The notes under the pieces were generated by a model, which saw only the letters and a program-made list of their open reading frames with translations, ran no database searches and was not told the DNA's origin. Position numbers and translations under genes: made by a program. Positions 59,335 through 64,000 of a stretch of 64,000 bases of DNA are shown piece by piece; position 1 is the first letter of the stretch, and every line of letters starts with the position of its first letter. This DNA comes from a bacterium. GTDB taxonomy: Bacteria > Elusimicrobiota > Elusimicrobia > UBA1565 > UBA9628. The DNA lies in NCBI GenBank assembly GCA_021799485.1, contig JAJZAK010000009.1, forward strand, positions 2,850 to 66,849. Direction: 5' to 3'.

Positions 59335-61488
59335 ATGGCCTCACGAGGCCTTTCCCTCGCCGCCATCGCCTTTGTTCTCCTCATTCCGTGCGCCCCGCTC
59401 CTGGGAGCGGCGAGCGCCGCTCCCGCCTCGGCGATCTCGGCGCCGCTGGAGCCGCCCCGCTTCGGTCCCGTCATCGCCCAGGTGACGGCGAGGCTGCTCG
59501 AAACCAAGCATTACGACCGCCATCCGATCGATGCCGTCACGTCGGAGCGCATGCTGAAGAACTACCTCGATTCGCTGGATTACAACCATATGATCTTCAT
59601 CGAGCCCGACGTCCGGAGCTTCAAGGCGCGCTTCGGACGAACGCTCGGCGAGCGCCTCAAGGACGGCGATCTCTCCCCGGCCTACGAAATTTTCAAGGTT
59701 TTTCTCGGGCGGCTGCGGGATCTCGACGCATGGGTCCGCCGCTACGCGCATACTCAGACCGACTTCACGGTCCCCGAGTCGATCGTCCTTGACCGCCACG
59801 ACAGCCCCCGGCCCGCGAGCGTGGCCAAGGCGGAGGACTTGTGGCGCCGCCGGGTTAAATACGACCTTATTGCCGAGCGGCTTAATAAGACCAAGCCCGA
59901 AGCCGCCGCCTCCGACATCGAGAAACGATACGATCGGCTTCTGAAGGGCTATGAGGAGTTTGAGAGTTCGGACATTCTTGAGGAGTACCTCCTGGCTCTC
60001 ACCCACTCCTACGACCCTCATTCCGACTATATGGGGCCGCCCCGGCGCGACACCTTCAACATTGAGATGGGCCTATCCCTCTTCGGCATCGGCGCGGTTC
60101 TCTCCTCCGAAGACGGCTACGCGAAGATCGTGCGCTTGGTGCCCGGCGGGCCGGCCGAGAAATGTCATCGCCTCAAGCCCAACGACAAGATTGAAGCCGT
60201 GGCGCAGGGAGACGCGCCTTTCGTCAGCGTCGTCGGGATGCGCCTCGACCACGTCGTCGAGCTCATTCGAGGGCCCAAGGGCACCACGGTGCGGCTCAAA
60301 GTGATCCCGGCGCTCGCCGCCGATCCGACCCACAGACAGATCGTGACGCTGGTGCGCGATAAGATCAACTTGGTGGACCGCGAGGCCAAGGCGCGGATCG
60401 TGAGGGTCCATCTTGCGTCAGGGGAAAAAGCCTCGGTGGGCATCATCTCGCTGCCCTCCTTCTATCTCGATATGCAGGCCGCGTTCAGGCCCAAGAGCTC
60501 CGCGCGGGACGTCATGAAGCTCCTGCGATACCTCGAAGACAAGGGCGTGGACGGCGTGGTGCTCGACGTGCGCAGCAACGGCGGCGGCTCTCTTTCGGAA
60601 TCGATCTCCATGGCTGGGCTCTTCGTTCCCAAGGGTCCAGCCGTACAAGTCCGCGACGAGGAAGGGGATGTCCGCGTCCTGGGCACGCCCGAGACGACTC
60701 CTCTTTATCAAGGACCGCTGGTCGTCCTGACCAACCGCGCCTCGGCATCGGCGTCGGAAATCCTGGCGGCGGCCCTTCAGGATTACGACCGGGCGGTCAT
60801 CGTCGGGGACAAGGACACTTTCGGCAAGGGAACGGTCCAGGCCGTTCTTGAATTGAGCCGCTATTTGACGGGGGAGGCCGGTCGGAAGGCGGGGGCGCTC
60901 AAGCTGACGATCCAGAAGTTTTACCGCATCACGGGGCACTCGACCCAACTCAAAGGCGTGATTCCGGACATCCAGCTGCCCTCGGTCGAGGATTTGATGG
61001 ATTTCACGGAGGCCTCGCTTCCCTACGCCCTGCCCTTCGATCAGATCGCGCCGTTGCCCTTCCACCACGACGGCGACGTCGCCGCGGAGTTGACCGATCT
61101 GAGGCAGAAAAGCGCGAAGAGAGTCGCGACCTCGGACGGATTCGCCCTCGTACGCCAGGAGATGGCGCGCTACCGCAAGACGAAGGAAGAAAAACGGGTG
61201 TCTCTGGTCTGGGAGAAGCGTCTCCAGGAGAAAGAAGAGGAAGAGGCCTGGCAGAAGCACCGCGACGCGGTGCTGGCCCGCCATAAATCGCCGTTTTTGG
61301 AATCGAAAGAGGTGACGCTCGAGGAAATCTCGGACGCCGCGGCGCCAACGGCCGTGTCCTCAGCCGCGGCGTCGGTCGCGGTCAGCACCGGGGCCGCCGA
61401 AACGCCGGACCTTGATCTCGAGGAGGGCGTCGAAATCGTGGGAGACATGATCGTCTCGGGACGAGCCGTCGCCGGCGCCAAGCCCTAA
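59335..61488 (+). CDS. Carboxy-terminal processing protease (S41 family, tail-specific protease Prc-like) with PDZ domain
   Basis: Signal peptide; PDZ (GIGAVLSSEDGYAKIVRLVPGGPAEK), S41 catalytic region (VVLDVRSNGGGSLSE..., VVLTNRASASASEILAAAL, GKGTVQ); ORF 59143 trimmed to signal-peptide Met. Confidence 0.85.
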   Translation: MASRGLSLAAIAFVLLIPCAPLLGAASAAPASAISAPLEPPRFGPVIAQVTARLLETKHYDRHPIDAVTSERMLKNYLDSLDYNHMIFIEPDVRSFKARFGRTLGERLKDGDLSPAYEIFKVFLGRLRDLDAWVRRYAHTQTDFTVPESIVLDRHDSPRPASVAKAEDLWRRRVKYDLIAERLNKTKPEAAASDIEKRYDRLLKGYEEFESSDILEEYLLALTHSYDPHSDYMGPPRRDTFNIEMGLSLFGIGAVLSSEDGYAKIVRLVPGGPAEKCHRLKPNDKIEAVAQGDAPFVSVVGMRLDHVVELIRGPKGTTVRLKVIPALAADPTHRQIVTLVRDKINLVDREAKARIVRVHLASGEKASVGIISLPSFYLDMQAAFRPKSSARDVMKLLRYLEDKGVDGVVLDVRSNGGGSLSESISMAGLFVPKGPAVQVRDEEGDVRVLGTPETTPLYQGPLVVLTNRASASASEILAAALQDYDRAVIVGDKDTFGKGTVQAVLELSRYLTGEAGRKAGALKLTIQKFYRITGHSTQLKGVIPDIQLPSVEDLMDFTEASLPYALPFDQIAPLPFHHDGDVAAELTDLRQKSAKRVATSDGFALVRQEMARYRKTKEEKRVSLVWEKRLQEKEEEEAWQKHRDAVLARHKSPFLESKEVTLEEISDAAAPTAVSSAAASVAVSTGAAETPDLDLEEGVEIVGDMIVSGRAVAGAKP

Positions 61489-62594
61489 AGCCGGTTTTTG
61501 AGCCAGCGGATCGCTTCCACGCGGGAACGGACGCGGCCCCGCCATTGAGCCCTGGCGGCCTCGTCGAGGGCTTTCCCGAGGGCCTTGCCGGGGGGTATCC
61601 CAAGCGCGCGAAGATCCTCGCCGCCGACGAAAAGGGGGCGCAGGGCCGTCCGCGGCAGACGGGGGAAAGCCGCCCGCAGGATCGCGAGGCTGGGCGGGGG
61701 GAGATCTCTTCTGGGACTGCGCCTATGGGATGCGACGTCCAAGGTCTCGCGGAGATCAAGCGCCAATGCCTTGTCGATGGGAAGCGATGCCAGGAAATCC
61801 TTGCCGCGGGGACCCAATCTCAATGCCATGGCGCCCAGGCGCTCCCGGGGAGAGCGCAACACCGCGGGCGGGGGCTTCAGCCCTTGGTAGATCACGTCGA
61901 GGTATCCCAGCCGCGCCAGGATTTTTAAGGGCCGTCCCGGGTCATTTCCCTCGAGGATGCGCCAGAGCTCATGAAGAAGCCGGGCCCGGGAGAGGAGACG
62001 GGGCCATCCATGGCGCAGGCTTTCCCGGGCCATGGTCCACAGCCCCGGGGCGGGTTTGAGATGGAGCCTTGAAACGAAGCGCGCCGCCCGATAGACTCTC
62101 GTCGGATCGTCGCGGAAGCTCCCCTCGTGCAGGGCCCTCAGAACGCGTCCGCGCAAATCCGCCAAGCCCGCGGCCGGATCGAGAAGCGCGCCCTCGTTTT
62201 GGGGGCCCAGCGGGAGGGCCAGGGCGTTGATCGTAAAGTCCCGGCGCAAAAGGTCCTCCGAGATCGGCGCGGGGGCGACGAGCGGCAACGCGGCTGGACG
62301 GGGATAAACCTCGCGCCTCGCCCGGGCGAAATCAAGCCGCCAGCCCGCCTTGAGGAGCCGCCAAGTCCCGAACTGCCCGAAGGATTCGGCCCGCGCCCCG
62401 AAAGCTCCGGACGCCCATTCGGCCAGGGGCTGGGGGTCGCCTTCGACGACGAGGTCGACGTCGAGCGTCGGGCGCCCCAGAAGCCAGTCGCGCACGCAGC
62501 CGCCGACCGCGAAGAGGGGGAGTCCGAGCTCCCCGGCTTTCCCCGCGACGCGGCGGAGCAGGGGGCGGGCTTGAGAAGGGACGCGGAGGATCAT
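61485..62594 (-). CDS. tRNA nucleotidyltransferase / poly(A) polymerase family protein (head domain + probe-like region)
   Basis: LFAVGGCVRDWLLGRPTLDVDLVV, RRDFTINALA motifs; ORF 61485..63476 trimmed at ATGA overlap with upstream gene. Confidence 0.8.
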   Translation of the reverse strand: MILRVPSQARPLLRRVAGKAGELGLPLFAVGGCVRDWLLGRPTLDVDLVVEGDPQPLAEWASGAFGARAESFGQFGTWRLLKAGWRLDFARARREVYPRPAALPLVAPAPISEDLLRRDFTINALALPLGPQNEGALLDPAAGLADLRGRVLRALHEGSFRDDPTRVYRAARFVSRLHLKPAPGLWTMARESLRHGWPRLLSRARLLHELWRILEGNDPGRPLKILARLGYLDVIYQGLKPPPAVLRSPRERLGAMALRLGPRGKDFLASLPIDKALALDLRETLDVASHRRSPRRDLPPPSLAILRAAFPRLPRTALRPLFVGGEDLRALGIPPGKALGKALDEAARAQWRGRVRSRVEAIRWLKNRL

Positions 62595-63760
62595 TCGGAG
62601 ATGCGGCGGAAGTAGGATTTGATGAGGCTGTCGTAAAGGGCGGGGCGTTTTTCCTTCATGGAGTCCTCGAGCTCCTGACGCAGCTCCTTGGGAGGCTGGT
62701 ATTCGTTGACGGAAGGAAGACGCACGGGCCCTTCGTAGACGCCCGAGGCTCCTCCGAGCATGAAAACCCCGCCGGAGGCCCCCGGCATCGGCCCCGGCGC
62801 GACTCGCTTGAGAAATGAGAGCTCGCGTTCGGCCGCCTTGTCGAAGCCGCTTTTGGCGCGTTGAAGCTCGGCTAGGGAAGACTCCGCGTGATCGAGCGCC
62901 GAGCGGGAATCGGGCCTTGAGAGGGCCTTTAAGGATCTCTTCTCCTCGTCCCGTGCGCGCCGCGCTCCGTCGAGCGCCTGCCCGAAGGCGCCGCCGGAAG
63001 AGGCGTCGAGGACTTGAAGGCCGCTTAACAGTTCGCCCGTCTTGGCCCCCGCTTGGCCTCCTTGACGCTTGGCCTCCTCGATGCCCGTATTGGGCTTCTC
63101 GGGAGGGAGGGAAGGACCCCGGTCGAGGTCCTTGGCGATCGTCTGCTCTTCGTCCGCGTACCATCCGAAGTCCTTGCTCGAACCAATCCTCACGCTCCCA
63201 AGGTAGCGTAATTCCTGGATCGCTCCGGAGAGGAAGGCGGGGGCTCGGTCGATGCGCCCGCTTTGAAGTTCCGCGAGCGCCCCGCGCATCCTGAGCAGGG
63301 GCGGAGGAGGCATCCAGGGGACACGAGTTGCCGCCGAAGAGACGATCAAGCCTTGCTTGGCGGCGAGGTTCTCGATGAGTTCTCTCTCCGCTTTGACGAG
63401 TTGGGAAAGCCTGGACTGGGCCGGTCCCTGCGCCGCGGCGACCGCCTTCTCCTGGGCTCGTTCGGCCGCCGACCACGAGGCCTCAATGGCGTCCAGCCGG
63501 GCTTTTTCCTGCTCGGCCCAGCCGCTGGAGCCCGCGCTGGGCGAAGACTGAGCCAGCGTTTTGTCGATATCCGCAAGGGTTTGGGACAGCCGCCTTGCGA
63601 TTTCCTCGGCGCGCGAGAGATCGCCGGCGGCCAGAGCCTTTTCAAGCTCCGAGAAACCCCGCAGGGCCTCGCCGAGAGGAAGAGGCTGGGCGCTGCTTCC
63701 CGCCGACGAAGACTCGGAAGCTTGGGGCAGTCTTGAGATGGTTTTAGCGAGAGCCGCCAT
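62591..63760 (-). CDS. Coiled-coil hypothetical protein; reading frame stays open to window end, so true start may lie beyond 64000
   Basis: 389 aa from first in-window Met; minus-strand frame has no stop between 63761 and 64000. Confidence 0.45.
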   Translation of the reverse strand: MAALAKTISRLPQASESSSAGSSAQPLPLGEALRGFSELEKALAAGDLSRAEEIARRLSQTLADIDKTLAQSSPSAGSSGWAEQEKARLDAIEASWSAAERAQEKAVAAAQGPAQSRLSQLVKAERELIENLAAKQGLIVSSAATRVPWMPPPPLLRMRGALAELQSGRIDRAPAFLSGAIQELRYLGSVRIGSSKDFGWYADEEQTIAKDLDRGPSLPPEKPNTGIEEAKRQGGQAGAKTGELLSGLQVLDASSGGAFGQALDGARRARDEEKRSLKALSRPDSRSALDHAESSLAELQRAKSGFDKAAERELSFLKRVAPGPMPGASGGVFMLGGASGVYEGPVRLPSVNEYQPPKELRQELEDSMKEKRPALYDSLIKSYFRRISE

Positions 63761-64000
63761 TTCTCGGCGCAGCTGCCCGAGAATCTCGTCAAGCCGGGCT
63801 CGGAATGAGGACGTCCCGTGAGACGTTTTTCCGGCGGCGCGCAGGCGAGCGATCTCGTCCGCGAGCGCGCGGGATTTGTCTTCGATATTTTTTAGGCTTT
63901 GCCGCCATCGGTCGAAGCTTTCGGCGCTCTGCGCGGCCCGGAGCGTCGCCAGGGACTTGTTCGCGAGCCCTTGGACGGGATCCAGGGCGCTCCGCGCCGC

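Noticed and set aside
61485-63476. 663-aa version of the nucleotidyltransferase ORF
   Set aside because: Upstream 290 aa are Arg-rich low complexity overlapping the coiled-coil gene in another frame; nucleotidyltransferase head domain starts at the internal Met (62594) coupled by ATGA.

Overview
This is a high-GC, gene-dense bacterial chromosomal segment of about 60 protein-coding genes. I found no rRNA or tRNA genes, no CRISPR array and no IS or transposase.

Housekeeping blocks:
- A minus-strand secA-lnt-prfB-rlmD run, with RNase D convergent to TonB.
- groES-groEL with a clear intrinsic terminator.
- A TolC / short-MFP / RND efflux operon.
- Malic enzyme (N-terminal ACT domain), pyruvate kinase, cutA and maf.
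- A long minus-strand block 27.8-43.9 kb that ends with a complete SUF Fe-S operon: sufC-sufB-sufD-Rieske-sufS-sufU-sufT(DUF59)-rrf2-nfu, followed by PHP/GDPD/thioredoxin-like genes and pterin-4a-carbinolamine dehydratase.

Accessory and unusual loci:
1. A translationally coupled triad (ATGA overlaps at both junctions). It comprises a 1425-aa secreted protein with about 13 Kelch-like blades and a C-terminal T9SS/FlgD-Ig-like sorting domain, then a PorV/PorP(SprF)-like FadL-type outer-membrane barrel, then a coiled-coil protein.
2. Two tandem paralogous secreted Cys-rich proteins of unknown family (44.3-46.8 kb), each with its own strong SD.
3. A HEAT-HEAT-exbB-exbD-tonB operon. A perfect 28-bp inverted repeat swallows the exbB stop codon and abuts the exbD start.
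4. An orphan ParA with an overlapping small basic ORF. It sits next to a tandem-REC protein (the second receiver carries Asn at the phospho-site) and a divergent excisionase-HTH-REC regulator.
5. A co-directional TPP-enzyme / O-methyltransferase / solute-binding protein / cupin / hybrid histidine kinase cluster.
6. A pterin gene pair (SDR plus QueD/PTPS), with the dehydratase located distally.
7. A 420-bp non-coding region after groEL with a second hairpin plus U-run (candidate sRNA).

Many long antisense ORFs in the supplied track are high-GC artefacts and were rejected. Several track ORFs were trimmed to internal starts supported by domain boundaries, SD sequences and ATGA couplings.
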